The notes: a model not told the origin generated them from the sequence alone. Counted from the first letter of the stretch, positions 34,640 through 49,784 are shown. The stretch is 64,000 nucleotides of DNA from Malacoraja senta (GCA_038087875.1 CM075992.1:374001-438000); one strand, 5' to 3'. Program-made: numbers and translations.

Positions 34640-35725
34640 CAAAATTGGGGCACATGGTATTGGGGGTAGAGTGCTGACATGGATGGAAAATTGGTTGGCA
34701 GACAGGAAACAAAGAGTAGGGATTAACGGGTCCCTTTCAGTATGGCGGGCAGTGACTAGTGGGGTACCGCAAGGCTTGGTGCTGGGACCGCACTTTACAA
34801 TATCTATTAATGATTTAGGTGAAGGGATTACAAGTAACATTAGCAAATTTGCAGATGACACAAAGCTGGGTGGCAGTGTGGACTGTGAGGAGGATGCTAT
34901 GAGAATGCAGGGTGACTTGGACAGGTTGGGCGAGTGGGCAGATGCATGGCAGATGCAGTTTAATGTAGATAAATGTGAGGTTATCCACTTTGGTAGCAAA
35001 AACAGGAAGGCAGATTATGATCTAAATGGCGTCAAATTGGGAAAAGGGGAAGTACAATGGGACCTGGGGGTCCTTGTTCATCAGTCAATGAAAGTAAGCA
35101 TGCAGGTACAGCAGGCAGTGAAGAAAGTCAATGGCATGTTGGCCTTCATAACAAGAGGAGTTGTGTAAAGGAGCAAAGAGGTCCTTCTGCAGTTGTACAG
35201 GGCCCTAGTGAAACCACACCTGGAGTATTGTGTGCAGTTTTGCTCTCCAAATTTGAGGAAGGACATTCTTGCTATTGAGGGAGTGCAGCGTAGGTTCACA
35301 AGGTTAATCCCGGGATGGTGGGACTGTCATATGCTGAGAGAATGGAGCGGCTGGGCTTGTATACTCTGGAATTTAGAAAGATTAGAGGGGATCTTATTGA
35401 AACATACAAGATTATTAAGGGTTTGGACACGTTAGAGGCAGGAAAAATGTTCCCGATGTTGGGGGAGTCCAGAATAAGTTCAAGAATAAGGGGTAAGCCA
35501 TTTAGAACAAAGACGAGGAAAACACTTTCACCCAGAGTTGTGAGTCTGTGGAATTCTCTACCTCAGAGGGCGGTGGAGGCCGGTTCTCTGGATACATTCA
35601 AGAGAGAGCTAGTTAGGGCTCTTAAAGATAGCGGAGTCAAGGGGATAGGGTACTGATTGTGGATGATCAGCCATGATCACATTGAATGACGGTACTGGCT
35701 CGAATGGCCTACACCTGCACCTATT
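34640..35725 (+). mobile_element. CR1 RT and 3' end (right arm)
   Basis: GVPQGLVLGP, KFADDTKLGG. Confidence 0.9.
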
Positions 35726-36674
35726 GCCTATTGAAGCAAGGTTGTGTCCCAGCTCCCATGCTGTTCGGCATCTTCCTATCTGCCCTCTGTCCTTTGTCTT
35801 CACGACTGACACAGAAGGGGCGTATCTTCACACTAGAAGCGACAGGAACCTCTTAATTCTAGCAACGCTGAAAGCCAAGACCAAGGTAAGAACTGTGCTT
35901 ATAAATGTCCAATGGTTTTTTATTAGTCATATTTACCGAGCTAAAGTGAAATTCATTTCTGTATACACTTTAATATATGTATCACCATACATAATCACTA
36001 TGACAAATCTTAAATAAGCATCTCGGATACGGTACAAGTGTATAACAGTAGTAGATTGAGATAGTAGACAGAGAGGCCAGGTTTGGTGTCTTTATTCAAG
36101 TCTCAGTTTGTAAATGCAGGATTCTTGTGTTGTGTTGGTGGGGTGTGTGTGGGGTGGGGGAGGGGGGCAGCGAGCATTGTTGAGCTGGAGTGGGGGTGTG
36201 TGGGTGGGGGGGTTGTGGTGTGGGTGGGGGGGGTTGTGGGGGGAGGGGGGTGGGCTGTGTGTGGGGGAGTGGTGTGGAAGCGGGGGAGGGTTGTGTGTGG
36301 GGGGGTTATGGGGGGAGGGGGTTAGTGGGCCGGGTGTGTGTGGGGGGATGGGGTTTCTGTGGGAGGGTGGTGTGGGTGCGGGGGCATGTGTGGGGGAGAG
36401 GGCGTGGGTGGAGGGGTGTGTAGTGGACAGGGTGCGGAGGGAGGGAGGATGTGGGAGGCGGAGAGGCGGGGGGTGAGGGTGGGGGTGTGTGTGGGGGGGG
36501 GTCTTGCTGTAGATTAACAAGCCTGTAATTGCAACAACACAAAAATGCATTAATTTACATTTCAGTAAATTTATATTCACGATATTACTGTAAACATGTC
36601 TGTAATGCAATCAAAGACTCCGTCCATAGTTCTTCACAGTTCATAGATGTGGTTTGTGTTGGGCAGTGTTCAAG

Positions 36675-37382
36675 TTGGGAGTTTGTGGAGTGCCTCCGTG
36701 GTGGATTCTTAGAGCAGCTTGTACTGGAGCCTACCAGGGAGAAGGCAATTCTGAATTTAGTGTTGCGTAATGAACCTGATTTGACAAGGGAACTCAAGGT
36801 AAAGGAGCCATTAGGAGGTGGTGACCATAATATGGTCAAGTTTAGTCTAGAATTGGAGAGGGAAAAGGGTAAATCGGAGGTGTCAGTATTACAGTTGAAC
36901 AAAGGGGACTATGGAGCCATGAGGGAGGAGCTGCCCAAAGTTGACTGGAAAGATACCCTGGCAGGGATGACAGTGGAACAACAATGGCAGGTATTTGTGG
37001 GAATAATACAGAAGGTGCAGGAGTAGTTCATTCCAAATAGGAAGAAAGATTCCAAAGGGAGTAAGGGTCGACCGTGGCTGACAAGGGAAGTCAGGGACAG
37101 TATAAAAATAAAAGATAAGTATAACATATCAAAGATGAGCAGGAAGCCGGAGGAGTGGGTAATGTTTAAAAAGCAACAGAAGATAACTAATAAGGCAATA
37201 CGGGGAGAAAAGATGAGGTACGAAGGTAAGCTAGCCAAGAATATAAAGGAGGATAGTAAAAGCTTCAGGTATGTGAAGAGGAAAAAAATAGTTAAGACCA
37301 AAGTTGGACTCTTGAAGACTGAAAAGGGTGAATTTATTATGGGGAACAAGGAAATGGCAGATGAGTTGAACAGGTACTTTGG
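36675..37382 (+). mobile_element. CR1 ORF2 fragment (right arm)
   Basis: LEPTREKAIL, NIKEDSKSF. Confidence 0.88.
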
Positions 37383-38545
37383 AGGGGTAGGAGCTATAAA
37401 ACCCGGAAGTGTGGACGTGCCTCAGTCACTGCAAGATGATGAGCGAGAGGGTCTGAGGTGGAAATCTACTGAACACAGAGAATACTGACCTGTGAGTGCC
37501 CTTTATGTGTTTTTAACTGTGCCTTTTACAACTCTGCCTTTTGCAACTGTCTGCCTTTTGCAACTGTCTGCCTTTTGCAACTGTCGGCCTTTTGCAACTG
37601 TCTGCCTTTTGCAACTGTCTGCCTTTTGCAACTGTCTGCCTTTTGCAACTGTCTGCCTTTTGCAACTGTCTGCCTTTAGCAACTGTCTGCCTTTTGCAAC
37701 TGTCTGCCTTTTGCAACTGTCTGCCTTTTGCAACTGTCTGCCTTTTGCAACTGTCTGCCTTTTGCAACTGTCTGCCTTTTGCAACTGTCTGCCTTTTGCA
37801 ACTGTCTGCCTTTTGCAACTGTCTGCCTTTTGCAACTGTCTGCCTTTTGCAACTGTCTGCCTTTTGTAACTGTCTGCCTTTTGTAACTGTCTGCCTTTTG
37901 CAACTGTCTGCCTTTTGCAACTGTCTGCCTTTTGCAACTGTCTGCCTTTTGCAACTGCCTGCCTTTTGCAACTGCCTGCCTTTTGCAACTCTGCCTTTTG
38001 CAACTGTCTCCCTTTTGCAACTGTCTCCCTTTTGCAACTGTCGGCCTTTTGCAACTGTCTGCCTTTTGCAACTGTCTGCCTTTTGCAACTGTCTGCCTTT
38101 TGCAACTGTCTGCCTTTTGCAACTGCCTGCCTTTTGCAACTGCCTGCCTTTTGCAACTGCCTGTGTTTTGCAACTGCCTGTCTTTTGCAACTGCCTGTCT
38201 TTTGCAACTGCCTGTCTTTTGCAACTGTCTGCCTTTTGTAACTGTCTGCCTTTTGCAACAGTAAAAAAAGATGAAAATGTCTAAAATTGATTGCCCAGCC
38301 TCTCCTCCTCTCTATCACAGTCTCTCCCCTGTTTTCGGGAGAATTTCGGGCAGTTTCTGGCCCACATTGTCCATACTAGCCCTCAGAAACCAGTCCCTTG
38401 GGCCCACAACACCCATGCTAGCACTCCAGCAAGCCCCCCCCCCCCACACTGGCTGCTAATCTTGGAATTGATGGAGAGGTGGAATATTGTATTGGGGACC
38501 AGCCCTCCCGTGTGAAGCTGGGAGCCAACAGGTCCCACAGTCTAG
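37383..38545 (+). mobile_element. Second copy of Helitron-like element
   Basis: Ends GGGAGCCAACAGGTCCC-ACAGT-CTAG|T at 38520-38546. Confidence 0.6.
37520..38260 (-). repeat. Inverted copy of the 17-bp minisatellite, more degenerate
   Basis: (GCAACTGTCTGCCTTTT)n. Confidence 0.98.
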
Positions 38546-39729
38546 TAAATATATTAAAATTAATAACACAATAAAATCAATTGTGCAAATGAAAATATGT
38601 CTGAGTCGTTGGGGTTAGGGACCACAGATGGGCTGTAAAATATTCTTCCTTCAATGCCTGGATTTTAAACATTAATATATTAAAATTAATACAATAAAAT
38701 CAATTGTGCAAATGAAAAGATATCCGAGTCATTTAGTTTCATTTACAGATGTATTGGTCTACTTCCAGATCCAATCACCGTCTCTAACTTTTCACAGGGT
38801 TGGATTCAGTCAGTGTAGACTGAACTCCCCTCTCCCCCTCTACCCCCCTCTTCCCCCTCCGCCCCATCCCTCCTTCTCCACTACACCCTACCTTTCTCCC
38901 CTCCCCTCTCCCCCTTCTTCCCTTCCCCCCTCTTCCTCCCTTCTCCCCGCTCCACTCTTTCTCCCCCTTCTCCACTCCCAACCATTCCCCTCACATCCCC
39001 TTCTCCCCCTCTCCCTCCTTCTCCCATTCTCCAAACCCCCCCCCCCACTTTCCCCGATTCCCCCCATTTGTGGACCCAGCCTGCGACCAGCGAATACCCG
39101 CACACTATCCCACACGCTAGGGACAATTTATACAAATCCTAGCCCTAATCCTAACACTAACCCTAACACTAACACTAACCCTAACCGTATCCCTAACACT
39201 AACACTAATCCTAACTTTAGGTTGATAGGCTTGGTTTAACTATAAGTTGTCCCTAGTGTGTGTGGGATAGTGTGCGCGGGATCGCTGGTCGGTGCGGACT
39301 CGGTGGGCCAAAGGGTACGGTATCTCTGAACTAAATGTGACACAGGGGCCCCAGGGCTTGGACTCGAACCCCAATGTTCTGCCTGCTCCTCATGGGAACT
39401 AAACTGTTGGGCACGAGTTGTCCCTGAGGGCAGATCTCTCTTCCAATGGTCTCTACAAACACCCAGAGGCAGCGGGCTTTCCCTGTGAAAAGTTAGAGAC
39501 GGTGATTGGATCTAGAAGCAGACCAATACATCCGTAAATAAAACTGAACGACTCAGACATATTTTAATTTGCACAATTGATTTTATTGTATTAATTTTAA
39601 TATATTAATATTTAAAATCCATGCATTGAAGGAAGAATATTTTACAACCCATCTATGGTCCTTAACCCCAACCCTAACCTTAACGGGGCATCACCCGCAG
39701 GACATCATACATCAGTGTGTGACATGGCA

Positions 39730-40830
39730 CAAAATTGGGGCACATGGTATTGGGGGTAGAGTGCTGACATGGATGGAAAATTGGTTGGCAGACAGGAAAC
39801 AAAGAGTAGGGATTAACGGGTCCCTTTCAGTATGGCGGGCAGTGACTAGTGGGGTACCGCAAGGCTTGGTGCTGGGACCGCACTATTTACAATATCTATT
39901 AATGATTTGGGTGAAGGGATTACAAGTAACATTAGCAAATTTTGCAGATGACCCAAAGCTGGGTGGCAGTGTGAACTGTGAGGAGGATGCTATGAGAAAG
40001 CAGGGTGACTTGGACAGGTTGGGCGAGTGGGCAGATGCATGGCAGATGCAGTTTAATGTAGATAAATGTGAGGTTATCCACTTTGGTAGCAAAAACAGGA
40101 AGGCAGATTATTATCTAAATGGCGTCAAATTGGAAAAAGGGAAGTACAATGGGATCTGGGGTCCTTGTTCATCAGTCAATGAAAGTAAGAATGCAGGGAC
40201 AGCAGGCAGTGAAGAAAGTCAATGGCATGTTGGCCTTCATAACAAGAGGAGTTGTGTAAAGGAGCAAAGAGGTCCTTCTGCAGTTGTACAGGGCCCTAGT
40301 GAAACCACACCTGGAGTATTGTGTGCAGTTTTGCTCTCCAAATTTGAGGAAGGACATTCTTGCTATTGAAGGAGTGCAGCCTAGGTTCACAACGTTAATC
40401 CCGGGATGGTGGGACTGTCATATGCTGAGAGAATGGAGCGGCTGGGCTTGTATACTCTGGAATTTAGAAAGATTAGAGAGGATCTTATTGAAACATCCAA
40501 GATTATTAAGGGTTTGGACACGTTAGAGGCAGGGAACATGTTCCCGATGTTGGGGAAGTCCAGAACAAGTTTAAGAATAAGGGGTAAGCCAGTTAGAACA
40601 GAGACGAGGAAACACTTTTTCACACAGAGAGTGGTGAGTCTGTGGAATTCTCTACCTCAGAGGGCGGTGGAGGCTGGTTCTCTGGATACTTTCAAGAGAG
40701 AGCTAGTTAGGGCTCTTAAATATAGCGGGAGTCAAGGGGATAGGGTACTGATTGGGGATGATCAGCCATGATCACATTGAATGGCGGTGCTGGCTGGAAG
40801 GGCCGAATGGCCTACTCCTTCACCTATTGC
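39730..40830 (+). mobile_element. CR1 RT and 3' end (right arm)
   Basis: FADDPKLGG, PHLEYCVQF. Confidence 0.9.
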
Positions 40831-41759
40831 CTATTGAAGCAAAGTTGTGTCCCAGCTCCCATGCTGTTCGGCACCTTCCTATCTGCCCTCTGTCCTTTGT
40901 CTTCACGACTGACACAGAAGGAGCGTATCTTCACACTAGAAGCGACAGGAACCTCTTCATTCTAGCAACGTTGAAAGCCAAGACCAAGGTAAGAACTGTG
41001 CTTATAAATGTCCAATGGTTCTTTATTAGTCATATTTACCGAGCTAAAGTGAAATTCATTTCTGTATACACTTTAATACATGTATCACCATACATAATCA
41101 CTATGACAAATCTTAAATAAGCATCTCGGATACGGTACAAGTGTATAACAGTAGTAGATTGAGATAGTAGACAGAGAGGCCAGGTTTGGTGCCTTTATTC
41201 AAGTCTCAGTTTGTAAATGCAGGAATCTTGTGTTGTGTTGGCGGGGGGGGGGGGGTGGGTGGGTGGGGGAGGGGGGGGTGGGTGGGTGGGGGAGGGGGGG
41301 GTGTGTGTGTGTGCGGGAGGGTAGGGGGGCAGCGAGCATTGTTGAGCCGGAGTGGGGGGTGTGGGTGGGGAGGGGGGTTGTAGGGCGGGGGATAGGCTGT
41401 GTGTGGGGGAGGGGTGGGGGGAGGGGTGTGGGGGGGTTAGTGGGCTGGGGTGTGTGTGCGTGGGGGAAGGGGTTTGTGTGGGAGGGTGGTGTGGGTGCGG
41501 GGGCGTGTGTGTGTGGGGAGAGGGTGTGTAGTGGACAGTGCGGGGGGAGGGAGGATGTGGGAGGGGAGAGGGTGGGGGGGATGTTTTTCTTGCTGTAGAT
41601 TAACAAGCCTGTAATTGCAACAACACAAAAATGCATTAATTTACATTCCAGTAAATTTATACTCACGATACTACTGTAAACATGTCTGTAATGCAACCAA
41701 AGACTCCGTCCATAGTTCTTCACAGTTCATAGATGTGGTTTGTGTTGGGCAGGGTTCAA

Positions 41760-42870
41760 GTTGGGAGTTTGTGGAGTGCCTCCGTGGTGGATTCTTGGAG
41801 CAGCTTATACTGGAGCCTACCAGGGAGAAGGCAATTCTGGATTTAGTGTTGTGTAATGAACCTGATTTGACAAGGGAACTCAAGGTAAAGGAGCCATTAG
41901 GAGGTAGTGGCCATAATATGGTCGTTTAATCTACAATTGGAGAGGGAGAAGGGTAAATCGGAGATGTCAGTATTACAGTTGAACAAAGGACTATGGAGCC
42001 ATGAGGGAGGAGCTGGCCAAAGTTGACTGGAAAGATACCCTGGCAGGGATGACAGTTGAACAACAAGTGCAGGTATTTCTGGGAATAATACAGAAGGTGC
42101 AGGAGCAGTTCATTCCAAATAGGAAGAAAGATTCCAAAGGGAGTAAGGGGCGACCGTGGCTGACAAGGGAAGTCAGGGACAGTATAAAAATAAAAGATAA
42201 GTATAACATAGCAAAGATGAGCAAGAAGCCAGAGGATTGGGTAATGTTTAAAGAGCAACAGAAGATAACTAAAAAAGCAATACGGGGAGAAAAGATGAGG
42301 TACGAAGGTAAGCTACCCAAGAATATAAAGGAGGATAGTAAAAGCTTCTTCAGGTATGTGAAGAGGAAAAAATAGTAAAGACCAAAGTTGGACCCTTGAA
42401 GACTGAAAAGGGTGAATTTATTATGGGGAATAAGGAAATGGCAGATGAGTTGAACAGGTACTTTGGATCCGTCTTCACTAAGGAAGACACAAACAATCTT
42501 CCTGATGTACTAGTGGTCAGAGGATCTGGGGTGACGGAGCAACTGAAGGAAATCCACATTAGGCATGAAATGGTGTTGGGTAAACTGATGGGACTGAAAG
42601 CTGATGAATCCCCAGGGCCTGATGGTCTGCATCCCAGGGTACTTAAGGAAGTGGCTCTTAAAATTGTGGACGCATTGGTGATAATTTTCCAATGTTCTAT
42701 AGATTCAGGATCAGTTCCTGTGGATTGGAGGGTAGCTAATGTTATCCCACTTTTTAAGAAAGATAGGAGAAAGAAAACGGAATTATAGACCAGTTAGCCT
42801 GACATCGGTGGTGGGGAAGATGCTGGAGTCAATTATAAAAGATGAAATAGCGGCATATTTGGATAGCAGT
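41760..42870 (+). mobile_element. CR1 ORF2 fragment ending at the Harbinger-like TIR
   Basis: SPGPDGLHPRVLKE, NYRPVSLTSVVGK; followed by agggcctgtcccact. Confidence 0.9.
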
Positions 42871-44084
42871 ACAGGGCCTGTCCCACTTTGCGATTTCTTT
42901 GGCGACTTCGAGCGTCAGTGACTGATGCCCGTAAAACCGTCAAGTTATACGACATACACGCTGACGTATGCTGTCCTGCGGGTGATGCCCGGTTAGGGTT
43001 AGGATCAGTGTTAGGGACCACAGATGGGCTGTAAAATATTCTTCCCTCAATGCATGGATTTTAAACATTAATATATTAAAATTAATACAATAAAATCAAT
43101 TGTGCAAATGAAAAGATGTCTGAGTCGTTCAGTTTCATTTACAGATGTATTGGTCTACTTCCAGATCCAATCACCGTCTCTAACTTTTCACAGGGATGGA
43201 TTCAGTCAGTGTAGACTGAACTCCCCTCTCCCCTCCACCCCCTCTTCCCCCTCTCGGCCCATCTCTCCTTCTCCACTACCCCCTACCCTTCTCCCGTCCC
43301 CTCTGCCCCCTTCTTCCCTTTCCTCCCTTCTCCCCGCTCCACTCTTCCCCTTCTCCACTCCCAACCATTCCCCTCACATCCCCTCTCCCTCCCATTCTCC
43401 AACCCCCCCCCCCCACTTTCCCCGATGTCCCCCATTTGTGGACCCAGCCTGCGACCAGCGAATACCCGCACACGATCCCACACGCTAGGGATAATTTATA
43501 CAAATCCTAACCCTAACACAAACCCTAACACTAACCCTAACACTAACCCTAACACTAACACTAACTCTAACCCTAACTCTAACTCTCGGTTGATAGGCTT
43601 GGTATAAGTATAAGTTGTCCCGAGCGTGTGTGGGAGAGTGTGCACGGGATTGCTGGTTGATGCGGACTCAGTAGGTTGAAGGGCAATGTATCTCTGAATG
43701 TGACACAGTGGCCCCAAACTCGAACCCCCAATGTTCTGCCTGCTCCTCATGGGAACTAAACTGTTGGCCACGAGTTGTCCCTGAGGGCAGATCTCTCTTC
43801 CAATGGTCTCTACAAACACCCAGAGGCAGCGGGCTTTCCCTGTGAAAAGTTAGAGACGGTGATTGGATCTAGAAGCAGACCAATACATCCGTAAATAAAA
43901 CTGAACGACTCAGACATATTTTAATTTGCACAATTGATTTTATTGTATTAATTTTAATATATTAATGTTTAAAATCCATGCATTGAAGGAAGAATATTTT
44001 GCAACCCATCTATGGTCCTTAACCCCAGCCCAAACCTTAACCGGGCGTCACCCGCAGGACATCATTCGTCAGTGTGTGACAGGG

Positions 44085-44700
44085 CACAAAATTGGGGCAC
44101 ATGGTATTGGGGGTAGAGTGCTGACATGGATGGAAAATTGGTTGGCAGACAGGAAACAAAGAGTAGGGATTAACGGGTCTCTTTCAGTATGGCGGGCAGT
44201 GACTAGTGGGGTACCGCAAGGCTTGGTGCTGGGACCGCACTATTTACAATATCTATTAATGATTTGGTTGAAGGGATTACAAGTAACATTAGCAAATTTG
44301 CCGATGACACAAAGCTGGGTGGCAGTGTGAACTGTGAGGAGGATGCTATGAGAATGCAGGGTGACTTGGACAGGTTGGGCGAGTGGGCAGATGCAGTTTA
44401 ATGTGGATAAATGTGAGGTTATCCACTTTGGTAGCAAAAACAGGAAGGCAGATTATTATCTAAATGGTGTCAAGTTGGGAAAAGAGGAAGTACAACGGGA
44501 CCTGGGTGTCCTTGTTCATCAGTCAATTAAAGTAAGCATGCAGGTATAGCAGGCAGTGAAGAAAGCGAATGGCATGTTGGCCTTGATAACAGCATGAGTT
44601 GTGTAAAGGAGCAAAGTTGTGCAGAGCCCCAGTGAGACCACACCTGGAGTATTGTGTGCAGTTTTGGTCCACTAATTTCAGGAAGGACACTTCAGGAAGG
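44085..44700 (+). mobile_element. CR1 RT fragment, 3' truncated
   Basis: GVPQG, FADDTK, FNVDKCEVIHFG. Confidence 0.85.
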
Positions 44701-45036
44701 AGGTGGGTGTGTGTGGGGGGGGAGGGAGGGGGGCAGTGAGCGTTGTGGAGCCGGAGAGGGCGGGGTGCGGGGGGAGGGGGGATGGGGGGCTGTGGGGGAG
44801 GGGTTTGTATGGGTGGGCGTGTGTGTAAGGGAGAGGTGTGTGTTGGGGGTGTGTGGGGGGGTATTTCTTGCTGCAGATAAACAAGTCTAATTGCAACAAC
44901 ACAAAAATGCATTAATTTACATTTCAGTAAATCTATACTCACGATACTACTGTAAACATGTCTGTAATGCAACCAAATACTCAGTCCATAGTTCTTCACA
45001 GTTCATAGATGTGGTTTGTGTTGGGCAGTGTTCAAG

Positions 45037-46132
45037 TTGGGAGTTTGTGGAGTGCCTCTGATGGATTCTTAGAGCAGCTTGTACTGGAGCCTACCAGGGA
45101 GAAGGCAATTCTGGATTTAGTGTTGTGTAATGAATCGGATTTGACAAGGGAACTCAAGGTAAAGGAGCCATTAGGAGGTAGTGACCATAATATGGTCAAG
45201 TTTAATCTACAATTGGAGAGGGAGAAGGGTAAATCGGAGGTGTCAGTATTACAGTTGAACAAAGGGGACTATGGAGCCATGAGGGAGGAGCTGGCCAAAG
45301 TTGACTGGAAAGATACCCTGGCAGGTACAGTGGAACAACAATGGCAGGTATTTCTGGGAATAATACAGAAGGTGCAGGAACAGGTCATTCCAAATAGGAA
45401 GAAAGATTCCAAAGGGAGTAAGGGGCGACCGTGGCTGACAAGGGAAGTCAGGGACAGTATAAAAATAAAAGAGAAGTATAACATAGCAAAGATGAGCAGG
45501 AAGCCAGAGGATTGGGTAACGTTTAAAAAGCAACAGAAGATAACTAAAAATGCAATACGGGGAGAAAAGATGAGGTACAAAGGTAAGCTAGCCAAGAATA
45601 TAAAGGAGGATAGTAAAAGCTTCTTCAGGTATGTGAAGAGGAAAAAAATAGTTAAGACCAAAGTTGGACCCTTGAAGACTGAAAAGGGTGAATTTATTAT
45701 GGGGAACAAGGAAATGGCAGATGAGTTGATCAGGTACTTTGGATCCGTCTTCACTAAGGAAGACACAAACAATCTTCCTGATGTACTAGTGGCCAGAGGA
45801 TCTGGGGTGACGGAGCAACTGAAGGAAATCCACATAAGGAATGAAATGGTGTTGGATAAACTGATGGGACTGAAGGCTGATAAATCCCCGGGGCCTGATG
45901 GTCTGCATCCCAGGGTACTTAAGAAAGTGGCTCTAGAAATTATGGGCGCATTGGTGATAATTTTCCTACGTTCTATAGATTCAGGATCAGTTCCTGTGGA
46001 TTGGAGGGTAGCTAATGTTATCCCACTTTTTAAGAAAGACAGGAGAAAGAAAACGGAATTATAGACCAGTTAGCCTGATATCGGTGGTGGGGAAGATGCT
46101 GGAGTCAATTAGAAAAGATGAAATAGCAGCAA
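45037..46132 (+). mobile_element. CR1 ORF2 fragment, long open frame
   Basis: 351-aa ORF 45009-46064 with GSDHN and KSPGPDGLHP. Confidence 0.92.
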
Positions 46133-49100
46133 ATTTTTTCAGGAGGGGTGGGTGGGGGAGGGGTGTGGGTGCGGGGGTGTGCGTGTGGTGGAAGGGGGTG
46201 CGGGACGAGAGGGAGGATATGGGAGGGGGGTGTGGGAGGGAGGAGGGGCAGCGAGCGTTGTGGAGCCGGTGAGGGTATGCTGGCGGGGTTTGTGTGTGTG
46301 TGGGGAGGGTTGTGTGGGTGAGTGTGAGGGGTGTGGGGGGGCTGGTTGTGGGGGAGGTGGTTGTGGGCGGTGAGGGTTGTGGGGCAGGGGGGATGTGTGG
46401 GGGGAGGTGTTGATGGGGGGGAGGGGGGGGTGGGTGGGAGATGTCTGGGGGAGGGGGTTGTTGGCGGGGGGGGAGGGTGGGGGAAAGGTGTGAGGGGGGG
46501 GGGGGGGTTGTTGGCGGAGGGTGTATTTCTTGCTGTAGATTAACAAGCCTGTAATTGCAACAACACAAAAATGCATTAATTTACATTCCAGTAAATTTAT
46601 ACTCACGATACGACTGTAAACATGTCTGTAATGCAACCAAAGACTCAGTCCATAGTTCTTCACAGTTCATAGATGTGGTTCATAGATAAATTAAATGTGG
46701 TTTGTGTCGGGCAGTGTTCAAGAGCCTGATGGTTGCTGGGAAGAAGCTGTTCCTGAACCTGGAGGTTGCGTTTTTGGGCTTCTGAACAAAATAATGGGAG
46801 CGTAGTGCAATGACACACAGACAACTATAAATTTCAATCCAGGAAATTATAAATTAAAAGCTAGTGTAAAAAACATCTGTCGGGCAGCAAAAGACGCAGT
46901 CCATAATATCTCATCATTGTGGTTCATGTTGTGCAGTGTTCGAGAGGCTTGCAATTGCTGGGGAGAAGCTGCTCTTAACATGAATGTCAGTTTCTCTGCT
47001 TCTGTAGGTTTTTCACACTGGTAGGGCGGTGTGGGTCTTTGATATTAGCTGCATTCTGCAGGTAGCATCTCCTGCAGATCCCTTTGAGATCATCACCTGT
47101 GACGGACTGGGCAGTTTCTGCGTAACACCAACATCGTCACACTGTACAAGAACAAGGGAGTGCATCAACTACAGGGACATCTCACTTCTGAGTGTTACAG
47201 GAAAGGCCTTTGCCAGAGTGATCCTGCAAAGACTGCACAGACTCACTGACCAGAGGCACAATGTGGTTTCCATGGAGGTAGATCCACAATGGACATGATC
47301 TTCTCCCTGCGTCAAAAACAATGAAAATGTCAAGACCAGCAAACCCCATTGTACATCGCCTTTGTGGATGTTACGAAAGCTTAGAGGTGATCATAAGTTT
47401 TGTGTGTGATTGCATTGATGTGCTGGACCCAGGACGATCTTCAGAGTCATGGACATCCAGGAACTTGCAACATAACATTCTCCACCACTGTCCCATGAAT
47501 GAAGTCAAGTTTGTGGATCATTGGCTTTCCCCTCCTGAGCTCATCGACCATCTGCCGTTCTATGCGACCATTCTACGTGACCTCCCTCAACTTGGTGGGA
47601 CTTCCTGTCGCCCCAGATCTCCTCCAGACAGTGTGAAAGGGAAAGCATGAAACATCTGCCGACTGATGTGGTCGCCCGCTGTTTGCGAGGAACTTTCTCT
47701 CTGAAGATTTGCAGGAAAATGCCACTGGGGCAGATGATGAGTCAGAGCTGGATGAGTTTGACAAATTACTGAAACGCCTTGGATTCTCCCGTGCAACCCC
47801 AAGAGGGATTGGATAGCACGCAACAAAAGCCTGAAAATGGATGTCAGGACCCCGAATGCCGTTCGTGTAAATCCATCGGATATGGAGCCACATCGGAGGG
47901 GACCGCACCGGAATTTCTCTCTCGGTCCAACAAAGGCCCTTTTAAGAGCCACGTGAAAGAGCTACAACCTCTTCCCCACCCGCGCTCTCGTCTGTATTTT
48001 GGATTTCATCGTCAACATTTCCCAGTACAACTGGCAGCGATCTGTTGCACGTGAGAATGCATGGTGTTTAAGAAATTTGTCAAACTCGTCTGGCTCTGAC
48101 TCATCATCTGCCCCAGTGGCATTTTCCTGCAGGTGTTTGGAGGGAAAGTTCCTGAGATTGACCAGAGGACAAGATCTGAAGAGACGGCCACGGACCAGGG
48201 GTGGCACGCAGAGGCTTCATCACACCTGACCCTGCTGTGTTGCTGAGGGAACCTCCCGGTGAGCGCCACGCAGCCGTGCTGGAGCCGACCCGGCCGTCAG
48301 CACGGAGCCGGTCAACACCGGACTCGGCCAGCGGTGGCCACGAACAAGGACGAGCCCAGTGGCCAAAGTGACCTCCGAGAACAAGGGTCAAGGACAGGCC
48401 CGCAGTGGGTGTCGGAGGCCGGAGGTCACACTGGACAAGGACAAGCGAGATCACAGCGAGTGCGCCAACTACAGGGACATCTCACTTCTGAGTGTTACAG
48501 GAAAGGCCTTTTGCCAGAGTGATCCTGCAAAGACTGCACAGACTCACTGACCTGTGGCACAATGCGGTTTCCATGAAGATAGATCCACGATCGACATGAT
48601 CTTCTCCCTGCGTCAAATACAAGGGAAATGTCAACAGCAGCAAACCCCATGTTCATCGCCTTTGTGGATGTTACGAAAGCTTAGAGGTGATCATAAGTTT
48701 TGTGTGTGATTGCATTGATGTGCTGGACCCAGGACAAATCTTCAGAGACATGGACAACCAGGAACTTGCAACATAACGTTCTCCACCACTGTCACATCAA
48801 TGAACACAAGTTTGTGGATCATCGGCTTTCCCCTCCTGAGGTCATTGACCATCTGCCATGTTTCCGGTGATTGACCAGAGGACAATATCTGACGAGATGG
48901 CCATGGACCAGGGCTGGCACGCAGAAGCTTCATCACACCTGACCCTGCTGTGTTGCTGAGGAAGATCTGGTGTCACTGGGAATGTGGAGCTGATCCTCTG
49001 CAAACTGTCCTCAGTGGAAGACCGTGATGGAGATGTGTTTTTAGAGCTCGGCTGTCAGCGAAGTTGGAGTAGAAAACTGCTGGAGGAACTCAGTGGGTCA

Positions 49101-49784
49101 GACAGCATCTGTGGAGGGAATGGACAGACGATGTTTGGATCGGGACCCTTCAAGACTCCATTCTTATCTCCATTTACCAGGTTGGATTATTATGACAGGA
49201 AATGGACAAGATTGATGATCACCGTGGACTGGAATGACAGATGATTGAAGATCCTGAAGACTCAATCTTGCTCCACGTTCTCTGCGACCTTCCACACCTG
49301 GAGCTGAAGAAGCTGTTGAGGAACAACTTGCTTGGATTTCTTGTGGCCATGGATCTCTTCCAGATTGTTTGAAGGAACAAACATGACAGATGTGTGAGTG
49401 CCGGCGGTTGGTCGAGGACGTGCCGCCGAGAGAACACGGCATCTGCGGAGGGAATGGACAGATAACGTTTGGATCGGGATCCTTCAAGACTCCATCCTTG
49501 TCTCCATTTACCAGGTCGGATTCTGACGAATGGAAATGGCCAAGTTTGATGATCACCGTGTACTTGAATGGCAGAACATTGAAGATCCTAAAGGGCCCGC
49601 GGTGGGTGCTGGAGGTCGGTCGAGGACGTGCCGCCGAGAAGGAAGAGGGACCATTGGGACCACATTGGTCACTCATCACCCCAACAGAAGAAGGACTTCA
49701 GGGGCTGATGGACAGACTGTCTCAAGCTCGCAACAAAGACCGACTGACAATCATCAGAGAGAGGGTGGAGTCACTCAACACACG

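Larger units (their letters stand above)
33667..46680. repeat. Inverted tandem copies of the same composite unit (boundaries ~36650, ~41740, ~45010, ~46680), some partial
   Basis: gtccatagttcttcacagttcatagatgtgg recurs at ~36622, ~41708, ~44984 and ~46648. Confidence 0.88.
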